From the human T2T-CHM13v2.0 reference genome, Homo sapiens: a stretch of DNA of 64,000 nucleotides. Of this stretch, positions 1-15,636 are shown piece after piece; within the stretch, counting starts at the first letter, position 1, and each line of letters opens with the position of its first letter. The notes beneath the pieces were generated by a model. It worked only from the letters and a program-made list of their open reading frames with translations, searched no databases and was not told the DNA's origin. The stretch lies in assembly GCF_009914755.1 (NCBI RefSeq), contig NC_060929.1; one strand, written 5' to 3'. A program made the translations under genes and the position numbers.

Positions 1-429
1 GGCATGTCCAGATGAGAGAAATCCCCATCTCAAAGAAGGGATGAGGAAAGGATCCAAATGGGGTCAGGAGGACTGGGTTCCCCACGGGCAAGCTGTGACC
101 TTAGGAAAGCACCTCCCTATGACTCAGTTTCCCCATTTCTTTAAAGGACTGAGTGATTCCTGAGGGCCTTTCTAGAGATAAAGTTAGGACAATGAAAAGG
201 GCTGTGGTGCCTCTGGGCATAGGTGTGTGATGCTGGGTTTCCATGGCAACCATGTTCTCCATCTCTGATGTTCTCCTACATCCGAGGGGAGTTGCTGCTG
301 CTCCTCCTGCCTGGATGGTTTTCCCTTGCTTTTCATAAGACTGACTCCTCTCCTCCACCAGGCCTGAAGGTCTTTCATGGCCACCTCCAAACAACCTGGT
401 CTCTCCTGCACCCTACTGCTTTCCTCCCA

Positions 430-640
430 GCGCTGGTGGCCTTCAGAGACTATCTTATTTCATTTGATGTGTTTGTAACATCTGTTCCCACTGGTAGGCA
501 CCCCATGAGGACAGGAGCCCTGTCTGCCTTATTTAGGGTGCTGCATCCCTTGCCCCCAGTGTGGGGTCTGGCATGTGGTAGGCATTCAATGCATGTTGAA
601 TAAATAAACAAACGAATGAATGAATAAATGAATGAGTCAA
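430..640 (+). mobile_element. L2 LINE 3' end fragment
   Basis: L2-type 3' terminus ...ggcatgtggtaggcattcaatgcatgttgaataaataaa followed by a degenerate (TGAA)n tail. Confidence 0.6.
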
Positions 641-1309
641 TGGACCTGGCTGGTGGTTTCCTGTGGGCCATGTCCCTCCCACCAGCCACTTCTTTCTCTT
701 CCTTGCCTCTCTGCCTCCCTTCTCCCCTCCCCCTCCCCCTCCTTTGTCCAAATCTGTCATTTTTATTCCAGCTGTTTTATACCAGGTGTTTTACTCCTGT
801 TCTCTCTCCTCCTCTCTACCTGTCTGCTTCACATGCTCCCTTCAAGGTCAGTGTGTGCCCCGTCATCAGCACCTCCCTGAAGCCTGGAAGGATAGGTTCA
901 GACCACAGGGCCCTCTTCCCCTTCAAACATCTAAGCCCCTCATTCACCTGGTGCCCTGCCATTCACTGCAGACTTCTCCGAATGGTTTCCTGGCCACAGT
1001 CTCTGGAAGGGGCAGAGCAGACACACATAAAATGTGCCACTTCTGGCATACAGTGGTGCTAGGCCCAAGTTACTGACAGGTAGCTGTAGATCGAAGTCTT
1101 CAACACTAAATTAGTGCAGTCTAAATACACTAAACCAGTGAGTAGGGAGGTGCACGCCAGTCCCCAATCCCAGGCCATTGGGCTTCCCTGCACTCCATCA
1201 ACTCCGATTTGCTGTTTTTAGCTTTTCTCATGAAACCTATCTATTCAAACATAAACCAAAAGGAATAATACGATGGACAGCTACATGCCCATTTCATGGC
1301 CTGGTATAA

Positions 1310-1756
<447 letters not shown>

Positions 1757-1967
1757 TGAAGTTTACAAATTTATTTTCTCTCTTCCCATTTATCCTCATC
1801 ACTCACTCCCATACTCACATGGGACACACACACATACAACACAACACATACACACACAACACACACATATACAAAAGCAAGTGTTATATTGGCTTAATGT
1901 ACACCTTTTAAAACTAAAATACGCATCATCATTTTGTGTATGTCTGTATGTGTGTGTGTGTGTTTAC

Positions 1968-2256
<289 letters not shown>

Positions 2257-2697
2257 TGTTCTTACTTTAAGTTCTGGGATACATGTGCAGAATGTTCAAA
2301 TTTGTTACATAGGTATATGTGTGCCATGGTGGTTTGCTGCACCTATCAACCCAGCATCTAGGTTTTAAGCCCCAAATGCATTAGGTATTTGTCCTAATGC
2401 TCTCCCTCCTCTTGCCCCCTACACCCCCGACAGGCCCTGGTGTGTGATGTTCCCCTCCCTGTGTCCATGTGTTCTCATTGTTCAACTCCCACTTATAAGT
2501 GAGAACATGTGGTGTTTGGTTTTCTGTTCCTGTGTTAGTTTGCTGAGAAGGATGACTTCCAGCTTCATCCATGCCCCTGCAAAGGACGTGAACTCATTCT
2601 TTTTTTATGGCTGCCTAGTATTCGATGGTATATATGTGTCACATTTTCTTTATCCAGTCTATCATTGATGGGCATTTGGTTTGGTTCCAAGTCTTTT
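2257..2697 (-). mobile_element. L1PA (about L1PA7/8) 3' end, 5'-truncated
   Basis: Antisense L1 3'UTR (tactttaagttctgggatacatgtgcag...ggtggtttgctgcacctatcaaccc) running into the ORF2 end. Confidence 0.85.
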
Positions 2698-3096
2698 GTG
2701 TGTGTGTTTTTTGTGGTAAAATATACATAACACAAAGTTTACCATTTTAGCCATTTTTAAGGATGTTATTCAGTGACATTCAATACATTCATGATGTTGT
2801 GTAACCATGACCACTATCCAGCTCCAAAACTTTTTCATCACACCAAACAGAAACTCCGTACCATGAAGCAATAGCCCCCCATTTCCCCCACCCTCGACCC
2901 CCAGTAACCATCATCCTACTTTCTGCCTCTATGAATTTGTCTATTCTAGATACCACATATAAGTGGAATCATACAATATGTGTCCTTTTGCGTCTGGTTT
3001 ATTTCATTTAGCGTAATGTTTTCGAGGTTAATCCATATTGTAGCACGTATCAGAAGGTCATTCCCCTTTAAGCTGTATAATATTTCATTGTATGTA

Positions 3097-3572
3097 CAGT
3101 AGTGCCCCCTTATCTGCATTTTACTTTCCGTGGTTTAGGGTACTGGCAGTCAACCACAGTTCAAAAATATTATGTGGAAAACTCCAGAAATAAAAAATTT
3201 ATAAGTTTTAAGTTGCATGCCATTCTGAGTAGCATGATGAAATCTCACAATGTCCCACTTCATCCTAGCCAGGACAATGAGTCATCTCTTAGTACAGCGT
3301 GTCCATGCTGTATATGTATGCACTCCTTTTATACCTTTCAATGTTTTAGAATTTTCTCTAAGAAGTTCTTTTGGTATATTTAGTCTAAGATATCTTTATA
3401 GTTTTAGTTGGTATTATAAAAGATATCTTTTCATAGGAATACAATACCTGTGAATACATAGGAATGCAATTGATATTTTCACATTGTATGCATAGGGTTC
3501 AGTACTATCCAAGTTTCAGGCATCCACTGGGGGTCTTGGAATATATCCCTTGAGGATTAGGGGGTATTACTC
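3097..3572 (+). mobile_element. MER44 (Tigger7-derived TcMar MITE) with foreign internal segment
   Basis: Termini cagtagtgcccccttatc... and ...gaggattagggggtattactc, flanked by TA (3095-96, 3573-74); the host L1 resumes on both sides. Confidence 0.8.
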
Positions 3573-4061
3573 TATATGCCACATTTTGTGTATCTATTAA
3601 CCTGCTGATGGACACTTGGATGGTTTCTATATTTTGGCTATGGTGAATATGAACACTATTGCTATCAACAGTGTTGTACAAGTATCTGTTTGAGTCTCTG
3701 TTTTCAATTATTTTGGTTGTATATCTAGGAGTGGGATTGTTGTATCATATTGTAACTCTATGTTTAACTTTCTGAGGAACTGTCAAAGGATTTTTCACAA
3801 CAGCTGCACCCTTTCACATTCCCACTAGCAATGCCCAAGGGCTCCAATTTCTCCACATCCTTGCCAACACTTGTTATTTTCCATTTTCTGGTTTTTGTTT
3901 TTTTAATAATAGCCATCCAAGTGGATATAAAGTGATATCTCATTGTACTTTTGATTGGCATTTCCCTAGTGACTAATGATGTTGAGTATCTTTTCATGTG
4001 CTTACTGGCCATGTAGGTATCATCTTCAGAGATATGTCTATTCAAGTCCTTTGTCCCTACT

Positions 4062-4700
<639 letters not shown>

Positions 4701-4933
4701 TAATTGGGTTGTTTGGTTGTTTGTTGTTGAATTGCAGGTGTTCTTTGTATATTCTGGATGTTACTCCCTTATCAGATATATGATTTGCAAATATTTTCTT
4801 CTATCCTGTAAGTTTTACTCTCTTGATGGTGAGAGAAAACCTTCAATGCACAAAAGTTTTTAATTTTGTGGTAAAGTCCAGTTTGTTTCTGGCATGTGTG
4901 GCCTGTGCTTTTGGTGTCCTATTTAAGAAATTA

Positions 4934-5328
<395 letters not shown>

Positions 5329-5764
5329 CTATTTTTAGTTAATTTTTGTATATAGTGTAAGGTAAGGGTCCAGCTTCATTCTTTTGCATGTGGATATCCT
5401 GTTTTCCCAGTACCATTTGTTGAAAAGACTGTTCTTTTCCCATTGAATGGTCTTGGCACCTTTAGACATGAGAGAACTAAGGCTCAGAGAATCACAGGAA
5501 ATATCTGAGCCAGAATTTGAAATAAGGGCAGCATTCCAGGCCTGTCCCTCCACCAAGGCCAACTTACAGTCCCTTTGGCTTCCCCACATGCTCACAGTAT
5601 GTCAGCTGATCGATGAACACCTGGCCCTGGGGGGTCTGGAGCCCAGAGAGGGAAAGGGAGCCATCCAACAGCAGCAGTACAGCTGAGGGAGCAGAGTGGG
5701 GCCTGGCATCCGGGCAGCATGACCCCTGCCCATGAGGATGCTCCGGCTAGCGGTCAGGAGGAGC

Positions 5765-5965
5765 AGGGTCATTCCATGCACACCTCCTGTGGTGAAAGGC
5801 CCTGCTGGCAGCCCATAAATCTGGCTGGGCCCTGCTGATCCTGTTTACCAGATTAGTGGACTGGGTGTCTCCGTATAAATCACCCAGGGTGATTTACAGG
5901 GAGGCCCTGGAAATTTCGAAGTCCCGACTGACTCAGGCCCCCAGGGAGGGGCAGATAAGTGCCGC
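5765..5965. promoter_or_regulatory. Candidate enhancer (PBX-HOX/CDX, GATA, TEAD, AP-1 motifs)
   Basis: Non-repeat block with CATTCCA 5770, CCATAAA 5813, palindrome TAAATCACCC-A-GGGTGATTTA 5876-5896, TGACTCA 5929 and AGATAA 5953. Confidence 0.45.
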
Positions 5966-5983
5966 CTGAGCCCACTCAGCATC

Positions 5984-6044
5984 TCCCGTCCCAGTGAAGG
6001 CTGATGGTGGGGACCCTCCTCCTCCACCCGCCCTCACCGGGTGA
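5984..6044 (-). ncRNA. MIR3141: microRNA 3141 precursor (mature about 6017-6035, GAGGGCGGGUGGAGGAGGA)
   Basis: Reverse complement reads TCACCCGGTGAGGGCGGGTGGAGGAGGAGGGTCCCCACCATCAGCCTTCACTGGGACGGGA (61 nt), matching hsa-mir-3141 as I recall it. Not verified by search. Confidence 0.85.
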
Positions 6045-6117
6045 GTCCCTCTACATCCCTGTTTAAAGTTGATCCTCCTCTTGTGGGTCCTGACATACTT
6101 TAAAAGTTCCCAAGGCA

Positions 6118-6409
6118 GGCCAGGTGCAGTGGCTCACACCTGTAATCCCAGCACTTTGGGAGGCTGAGGCGGGCAGATCGCTTGAGGCTGGGAGTTCGAG
6201 ACCAGCCTGGACAACATGGTGAAACCCCATCTCTGCTAAAAATACAAAAATTAGCCAGGTGTGGTGGTGTATGCCTGTAATCCTAGTTACTTGGGAGGCT
6301 GAGGCAGAAGAATAACTTGAACGCAGGAGGTGGAGGTTGCAGTGAGATCACACCACTGCACTCCAGATTGGGCAGCAGAGCAAGACTCTGTCTCAAAAAA
6401 AAAAAAAAA
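6118..6409 (+). mobile_element. AluS
   Basis: Full sense Alu with poly(A). Confidence 0.93.
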
Positions 6410-6463
6410 GTTCTGGCAATTTTAGGAACAGCCTGTATCAAATAATGTACAGCAAGAATGAAA

Positions 6464-6602
6464 AGCCAGCCTCTGTGGCTCACAGCTATAATCCTAGCAC
6501 TTTGGGAGACCAAGGCAGGAAGTTCACTTGAGGCCAGGAGTTCGAGACCAGCCTGGGCAATATAGCAAGACCCTGCCTCTAAAAAAAATAAGAAAAGAAA
6601 AA
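6464..6602 (+). mobile_element. FLAM/AluJ left monomer
   Basis: Single Alu arm with A-tail; flanks aagaatgaaaa / aagaatgtaaa. Confidence 0.8.
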
Positions 6603-6664
6603 GAATGTAAAATAGGATAGGCAAATTGTGAAAAAACAATGAAGGTAAACTGTGAGATAGATAA

Positions 6665-6977
<313 letters not shown>

Positions 6978-6999
6978 AAAGTTGCAATCTTTATGCAAT

Positions 7000-7625
7000 A
7001 AAATGAATAGCTAACTTTTACGGGTTGCTTACCATGTGCCATCCATCAACCTACCTTTTTTGACATGAATCATTGTTTAACTTCACAATAAACCTATGAG
7101 ATAGGTACTATGATTATCCCCATTTTATACACAAAACCACCAAAACATAGAGAGGTTAATTGACTTGACCAGGGACAAGGTCACCAAACTTGAGTCCCAG
7201 TAGTGAAGGTGAGATTCAAACCAAACAGTCTGCCTGTCAGAGCCATGAACTTACCCACTTCGGTGTGCAGCATTCTTCCTGCTTATCACTCACTTGTTGA
7301 CACAGGATTATGAAGGTAGAAGATGGCTAAGGCAGTAAGTGGTACAGTGTTTAAGAGATGGCATTTGCAGTTGGAAAGCCTAGGATGTAAGTCCCAGCTC
7401 TGCCACTTACTAGCTTGTGATGTGGGCAAATCACTTTATTATCTGTGCCTCAGTTTCCTCATCTGTAAAATGGGGATAATTAATAATAGTACCTCCCTAG
7501 TAGGAAAGCTGGTCTCCTGCTGTGTATTTTAAGTAATAAATAAGATTATGTATTTAAAATGTGTTCAGCACAATACCAAGCATGTAGTTATGAACACCAA
7601 ATATGTGGTAGCCTATTATTATTTA
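7000..7625. mobile_element. Two MIR SINEs in opposite orientation
   Basis: MIR cores: attatccccattttatac...agaggttaattgacttgacc (about 7110-7170) and ctgtgcctcagtttcctcatctgtaaaatggggataat (about 7443-7480). Confidence 0.7.
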
Positions 7626-8047
7626 TTTTAACTCTGACCTTAAGAAACTCCTAAACCAGTGGTGGAGACTCAAATTTACACAAGGAACTCCAAACAAGAT
7701 GGAGTACAATACTGCAGAATGGAGGTTCAAGCTAGAAGGGGCAGTGAACTCTAAGTGGAAGGACCATAAAAGTACCATGGAGCAGTGGCTGGGACCTGAG
7801 CTATGAAACCTGAGTGAGATTTCCTAAAACCACGAAAATGGGGAAACACTGAGAGCACTTTCTTATCAAAAATACGTGGCAAGTGATGGACTACACACTA
7901 TCAACTGCCAGGCCATACACTGTTTGCACCTGTCAACATCTCCCCTTTGGCTGTGATATTCCTATCAGTGGAGATAGTACCTAATTCTTCACAATATTTC
8001 TTCCATGCCTCCCCATGACTGAATCATAACAGATCCCCAGTACATGT

Positions 8048-8432
8048 TGGATGGATGGATGGATACATGGATGGATGGATGGATGGATGGATGGATGGAT
8101 GGATGGATGGTTGGATGGATGGATGGGGGATGGTTGGATGAAGAGGTGAGTGGATGGATGGATGAATGGATGGATGATGGCTGGATAGATGGGTGGATGG
8201 ATGGATGGATGAACAGTTAGATGAGTAGATGGATGAATAAATGGATGGATGGACAGGTATACAAAGTAGATGGACAGGCGAATAGGAGGATGTTTGTTAC
8301 ACGGATGGATGGATGGATGGATGGATGGATGGATGGATGGATGGATGGTTGAATGGATGGATGTTTGGGTTGATGGGTAGATGGATGGATGAGTGGGTAG
8401 ATGAGCATGTGGATGGATATATGGATGGGTGG
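8048..8432 (+). repeat. (GGAT)n imperfect microsatellite
   Basis: About 385 bp of GGAT/GGAC/GAAT units with pure runs at about 8068-8109 and 8303-8348. Confidence 0.95.
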
Positions 8433-9168
8433 GGTAAGTGATGAGAATGTGACTGAAGGTCAGGTGCATGCATGGTGGCTGCCTACTGAGTTCCCACCTC
8501 AGGGCCATTGTCTTTAGGGTTATTCTCTAAAATATTCCCTTGCCTGAATTATTCTCCAAAATATTCCCTTGGCTTACCTTCCTTGTTTCATGTAAGGCTG
8601 TGGTTAAATATCACTTCTTCAAGGAAGCCTTCCCTGATCACTCAATCTAAAACAGAACCCGCTTTGACTTTGTACCCTCCTATGTTTCTAGCAGTGTTTA
8701 TTCCTCCCTAGCATAGTAGCTATTTGCTTGTTTGTTCTCTCCCATCAAATGTAAGCTCCATGGTGGCAGATGCTTTCTCTGCTTTGCTCACTTCTCTATC
8801 ACCAACACCTAATACAGAGCTTGGCACAGAGAGGGTCTTTAATGAACATTTGTTAGATGAACTGAAGGATATAATAAGCAGCTAGGAAGGAAGGGTGAGA
8901 TCTGATCTTGGAAATCTCTGGAATCTCAGCAAAAATTGACAAAGTGCTCTATTAATTATAATGCTGATGTTTTCTCTCATTTGTTCCACAATTTACACAT
9001 CACAAAGGACTTTGCCATTCATTATCCCATCTGCACACATTTGAAGTAGGCAGGAAAGACAGTTGAGTCATTTAAAAACTTTTCACAGTAGTGATATTTT
9101 ATCGTTCATACTGATGTGTTGCAAAATTTCCACTTGATACTGGAAGGGTAAAAAATACGGTAAAATTC

Positions 9169-9553
<385 letters not shown>

Positions 9554-9681
9554 CTACAGTTACAATCTTCACTTTAATAGGTGGGGAAACTGGGGCTCAG
9601 ATAAGCTAAGAGACTTGCCCAGAGTCACACAGCTACTCAACAGCAGAGCCAGATGTATTTGTTTATTCCACCTTGGGTATC

Positions 9682-9827
9682 TTTTTTTTTTTTTTTTTTT
9701 TTTTTTTTTAGTAGAGACAGTCTCACTGTGTTGCCCCAGCTGGTCTAGAACTCCTGAGCTCAAGCAATCCTCCTGCCTTGGCCTGCCAAATTGCTGGGAT
9801 TGCAGGTGTGAGCCACCATGCCTGGCC
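9682..9827 (-). mobile_element. FLAM/AluJ monomer
   Basis: T-run followed by a single antisense left arm. Confidence 0.8.
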
Positions 9828-10218
9828 CACCTCAAGTATCTATTAAGCACCAATTATACAGCCCATGAGATATTATTTCTTGGACCCCCAGTTCCTCTTA
9901 GCCCAGGGCAATCCCAGGCAGAACTAAGTAGGGCGGGTTTGAGGGGGACTCAGTCGTCTCTCAGCACAACCAGCAGAGACGCTTTTCTTGCCAGTCCCCA
10001 GTCTTGGATGAGCCCACTCAGCCCCACTAGGCTCCTGGGCAGCCAAGATGTGAAAGGATGCCAATCTGGGCTGATTGGAAATATTCTGAGCACCTCTGCT
10101 GGCGCTCTCAGCTGCCTAAACATCCTTTCTCTCCTCTCTTGTTGATCAGCTACTCATTGTGTGCCAGTCACTTGCCATGCAGTATCTTCCCTAACACTCT
10201 CAATAATGACATATATAT

Positions 10219-10537
<319 letters not shown>

Positions 10538-11427
10538 TGAGGTCCAGAGAGCTCCTGTGGCCAGCCCAAAGCTGCACGGCTACCCAGGGAGAGCTGGGGC
10601 TTGAACTTGGAGCCTACAGCCCTCGGACTCTAGAGCCAGTGCTCTTTGCTGCCTCCTTCTGTACCCCATTCCTGGGGTCCCCTGCTCCTCAGCCTCACCT
10701 GACTTTTGCCCCCACACTCTGTGCCAGAGCCCTGGGCTTCTACCTGTCCAAGGAGACTCCTTGGCCCTTCAGGGCCGTGGCTTCCCCTGCCTCTCTTCAG
10801 AATTTCTCCACTTCCTCTCCTGACACCATCTTCCTTTCCATCACGACCCCCCTGGGCCATCCCACCCTGCTCCTGCCCCTTCTCCCTTTGCCAGTTTCTC
10901 CCCCACAGAATATAAACCATCTTCCCCATTTTTAAAAGAAAGCCCTCCCCAGTTCTTTTTCTTCTTCAAACTACCACTTCCTATTTCTGCTTTATTTTAC
11001 GACCAAACTCCTTGGAACACCAACAACAAAAGTTCTATGTGTCTTTTTCAGCCTGTGCTCCTCCAGAATGACCTGGGTGTTGGAGAGATCCGTATTTCAG
11101 TCCTCACTCTGCCTCTGGGTTATGGGGTGACCCTGAGCAAGTCACAGCACCCCTCTGGGCCTCAGCATTCTCATCTGTAAAATGGGGATATTGACATGCT
11201 TCCCTCACGGCCTCATTGTGATCACAAGATGAGATAAAGTACGTAAGGAACATAGTGCCGTATGGCAGGGGGACTCACTTTGTCATTCAATGCTGTCCTC
11301 CCATACCTGGCGTAGTCCTGGCACGGGTAGGCTTAACATAAAACATTTGCTGCATGAGGAACTGCAGGAGTGAACTTCACAGGGGCCTTGCCTCCCCATC
11401 ACCCTTTCCTGGTTAGGCCCTCCTTGA

Positions 11428-11736
<309 letters not shown>

Positions 11737-12048
11737 AGGCCCTCCTTGACTGTGACAGTTAATTTTTCTTTTATTGTGATAAAATATATGTAACATAAAA
11801 TTCACCATTGTAACTATTTTAAGTGTATAATCCAGTGGCATTAAGTACATTCACATCGTAATACCGCCATCATCACCATCCGCCTTCAGAACTGTTTCAT
11901 CGTTCCGAATTCACACTCTATACCCATGAACAATAACTCTCTAGTCCTCCCTCTCACAGCCCCTGGTAACCACTGTTCTACTTTCTGTCTTTGTGGAATT
12001 TGACTATCTGAGGTATCACACAGAAGAGGAATCACACAATATTTCCTT

Positions 12049-12630
12049 TGTGATGGTTAATTTTATGTCAGTGTGGCTAGTCTATGGTACCCAGTTTTTG
12101 GTCAAACATCAGTGTAGCCGTGTGTGGTGGCACATGCCCGTAGTCCTAGCTACTCCAGAGGCTGAGGAGGGAGGGTTGCTTGAGCCCCAGAGTTCGAGGC
12201 TGCAGTGAGCTATGATTGTGCCACTGTACCCTAGTTTGGGCGACAGAGTGAAACTCTATTTCTAAGGAGAGAAAAACAATAGTGTAGATGTTGCTGTGAA
12301 AATATTTTTTAGATCTGATCAACATTTTAAACCAACAGACTTTGGGTAAAACAGATCAGCCTCCAGGAGGTGGGTGGGCTTCATCCACTCATTTGAAAGA
12401 CTTAACAACAAACACTGAGGTTTCCCCAAATGGAAGAAATTCTGCCTGAGTTTCCAGCTGCCAGATTCAAGATTCGGCATCAACTTTTGCCTGAATTTCC
12501 AAACCTACAGATAGATGTATCAACTCCTACAATTATGTTAGCCAAGTCCCTAAATTCTCTCTCTCTTTCTCTATCTGTCTGTGATACATGTGTATCCTAT
12601 TGGTCCTGTTTCCCTGCAGAACCCTAACAC
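12049..12630 (+). mobile_element. MLT2 (ERVL) solo LTR with FRAM insert at about 12115-12275
   Basis: Starts tgtgatggttaattttatgtc and ends cctattggtcctgtttccctgcagaaccctaacaca, typical MLT2 termini. Confidence 0.75.
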
Positions 12631-15353
12631 ACTGGCCCTACTGCCTCCACATACACTCTGTCCCCATCTCCTCCATCTGCCCAGATACCAACTCCTCCAG
12701 GAAGACTTCTGGAGCATCCTCTCTTGGGATACTTACTGCATGTGGCCTCATGGAGGGAATTTTATCCACATGAGTAGGGACCACTTTTGTTCTTTGCTTC
12801 AAATGTTTGTTTCACTCTGTTTGTTCTCAGCAGTACTGGAGTAGCTGTACTTTTTAGGTGTGCATAGTATTTGTAAAATTTGGTTAATTTGTCTAATGGC
12901 TCCAGGGAGCTTTGTAGAAAAACTATCCCCATCTCAGGAAAAGCTCTGTCCTCACACCAAAAGTTGACTCAGAGCAGGATCCCAGCCAAGGGGTTAAATT
13001 CCACACCACCCTCCCCATAGCCAATTCCTGGGACTGTCCCACCCTCAGCCTAGAGCCAGAGAAACCCTTAGGGGCCATGTGAATAAATGAGACCTTTCCC
13101 CTCTTAGACTTTGCCAGTAAGCTAGGTGGAAGCAAAGGCCCTGGCTCCCCTGTGTCCCCACCTTGCCCTTCAGGAGTCAGAAGGCCCTGGGATGTGCCAA
13201 GGATCCTTGTCAGGCCTGGGATCTGACAGCAGGGCACCCAGGACCACTCTCTGGCTTCCTGGAGCATGATGGAGACAGTGACAAGGATGAGGAGGACAGG
13301 TCTGCCCCTCAGGACCCCAGGCCCCGGCCACAGGAGTCTGTCTTGCAAGGTGATTAGGAGCCAGGTATAGCTTTGTTTTTTGTTTTTTTTTTTTAAGCCA
13401 GTCAGATTTAGCAATGGGGGTTGTATACCAAAGATCTGCTTTTGAATCCCAGCTCTGCCACTTACCAGTCATGTCACTTGGAGAAAGCCACCCAACATCT
13501 CTCAGACTATTTTGTCATCTCTAAAATGGGAAAAATAAGGCTTATCTCATAGACTACATGGAAGAGCAAATGATATCACACACAAAGTGCTTGGCACATG
13601 GCAATCACTCCATAATGACAAATATTGTTGATGAGGCTATTTTTATTATTAGCTGTGTGACTTTGGACAAATGGCTTAAACTCTCTGTGCCCTCCTTTTC
13701 TGATATCTGAAATGAGGATAAAAATAACAACAAATGCTCCACAGGGTGGCCATGGGCATTAACTGAGACGAAACACACAAAGTGTCCTGGAGGTAAGTAA
13801 TCTCTTAATACACAGCTATTATTAGTCATCAATATTTATTATTATCCTTATTATTATTCAGGCTGAACAGCTGAGGTAGCCCCTTGATCCCTCTAGCTCT
13901 GATGAGACATCTGAGGCTCTGGGTAGAGGAAAAGCCCCACTCAGAGTCCCCCAACCCCCACCTCTCAGGCCCCTTTGAAGTCCCCAGGGGCCCCAGGCCG
14001 TGATAAATGTCCCAGCCCTATAGGTTATGACTTGCTGCCAGATTTGACGTTAACCATCATGCCCTGGCTGGGTGTTTGAAGAAAGTGCCTAAATGCTGCT
14101 GGGGCTGATGGGGGAGATAGCAGCGAGGCCGGTCTTTGAAAGCCCCAGCCGGCCGCCCTGGCGAGAGGGAGCAAGGAGGCCGGCTCCGCTCCAGCTGTTT
14201 AGTCTACCAATCATGGTGGTGACAGGGAGTCTGCGCTGGCACAGAGAGGGCTGCTGGGTGCTGGGTGGGGAGGGGCCACCCGGCGAGTTCCTCACTTGCT
14301 TGCTTTTTCTGAAGTGTGTGTATGTGCGTGTGCTTTTCACACCTTCAGGGCAAACGGAGAAACGGTTGTAAAGGAGAAAGAGCGCTGGACGGGGAGCCCA
14401 GAGACCTAGGCACTGCCACTGTCCTATCTCTGCTCCTTTTCCCCTAGGGAAGGGGGGCACATGTCATGAAGAGGTTCAAATTCCAGGCTGCAGAGTCAGC
14501 CAGGTCCTCCTCCCGCCCCGACTCTGCCTCTCGTTACAGTGAGTCACTGGGAAAGATCCTTGACTTCCCTAAGCCTCAGTTTCTTTATCTTTAAAATGGG
14601 AGTGAATAACAGTCCCTCCCCCACAGGGTCAAAGGCAGATTAAATAAACTGATGCATGGAAAGCATCTTGCATGGAACTTGGTGCACAGTAGGGACTCAG
14701 TAGATAGAAACTGACCTTCCAGATCAGTTGAGGACACAGGGACAGAGAGCCAGGTTTGCTTCTTGGCTCCCAGTGTGTCCCCAGACACCAAATCCCAGGT
14801 TCCACTTCACTCTACCTTTCTCCATACATTTGTTCTCTCAAACAACTTCCATCAGAGGCCGAGTAGCCTCATAATGAAAAACAATAACCAGGCATTTTAC
14901 ATGTCACAGCCAACTCGGGAACAAGCATTATTATTAAGCCATTTTACGCTGTGGAAACTGAGGCTCAGACAGAAGTGATCGGCCTAGTGAGTTGCAAGAG
15001 AGACCCCTCGCCTGTGCTATGTGCTATGTGACTCTGCAGGTAAGGCACTAGAGATTAGAGACTGGCTTCCCAGACCACTTGCTAACCAGAAGTGTTCCTC
15101 ATCTGCAGAATGGGAGTAATGACGCCTGACTCACGGGTGGCTGGCAGTTTTAGATGAAATAACAGGGAACCATGCCCGGCACTTAGCAAGGTCTCATAAA
15201 TGGGAACTGGTGTGATTCTTGAGCACTATTCTGTGCCAGCCTCTGCCAGGAACTGGAGACCCGAAGCACAATCAGAGAGGGGCTCAGCCTTCAAAGCACC
15301 TGTATCAATCAGGACAAGCCAGGTTTTCCTACAGTAACAAAAAACCTAGCTTT

Positions 15354-15636
15354 GGCCAGGCGTGGGATTATGCTGTAATCCCAGCACTTTGGGAGGCCGA
15401 GGCGGGCGGATCACTTGAGGTCAGGAGTCTGAGACCAGCCTGGCCAACATGGTGAAACCCCGTCTCTACAAAAACACAAAAATTAGCCGGGCATGGTTGC
15501 AGGTGCCTGTAATCCCAGCTACAGGCTGAGGCAGGAGAATTGCTTGAACCTGGGAGGCACAGGTTGCAGTGAGCCAAGATAATGCCATTGCACTCCAGCC
15601 TAAGTGACAGAGCGAGACTATCTCAAAAAAAAAAAA
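15354..15636 (+). mobile_element. AluSx-like, inside an old MaLR (MLT1) fragment
   Basis: Full sense Alu; the flanks at about 15301-15930 resemble an antisense MLT1 LTR. Confidence 0.88.

Noticed and set aside
7981-8508. 175-aa HPSI-repeat ORF
   Set aside because: An artefact of the (GGAT)n microsatellite, which lacks stops in that frame.
8520-8575. 29-bp-period tandem duplication (tattctctaaaatattcccttg / tattctccaaaatattcccttg)
   Set aside because: Two copies only, at the edge of a decayed L2-like fragment; ordinary slippage.
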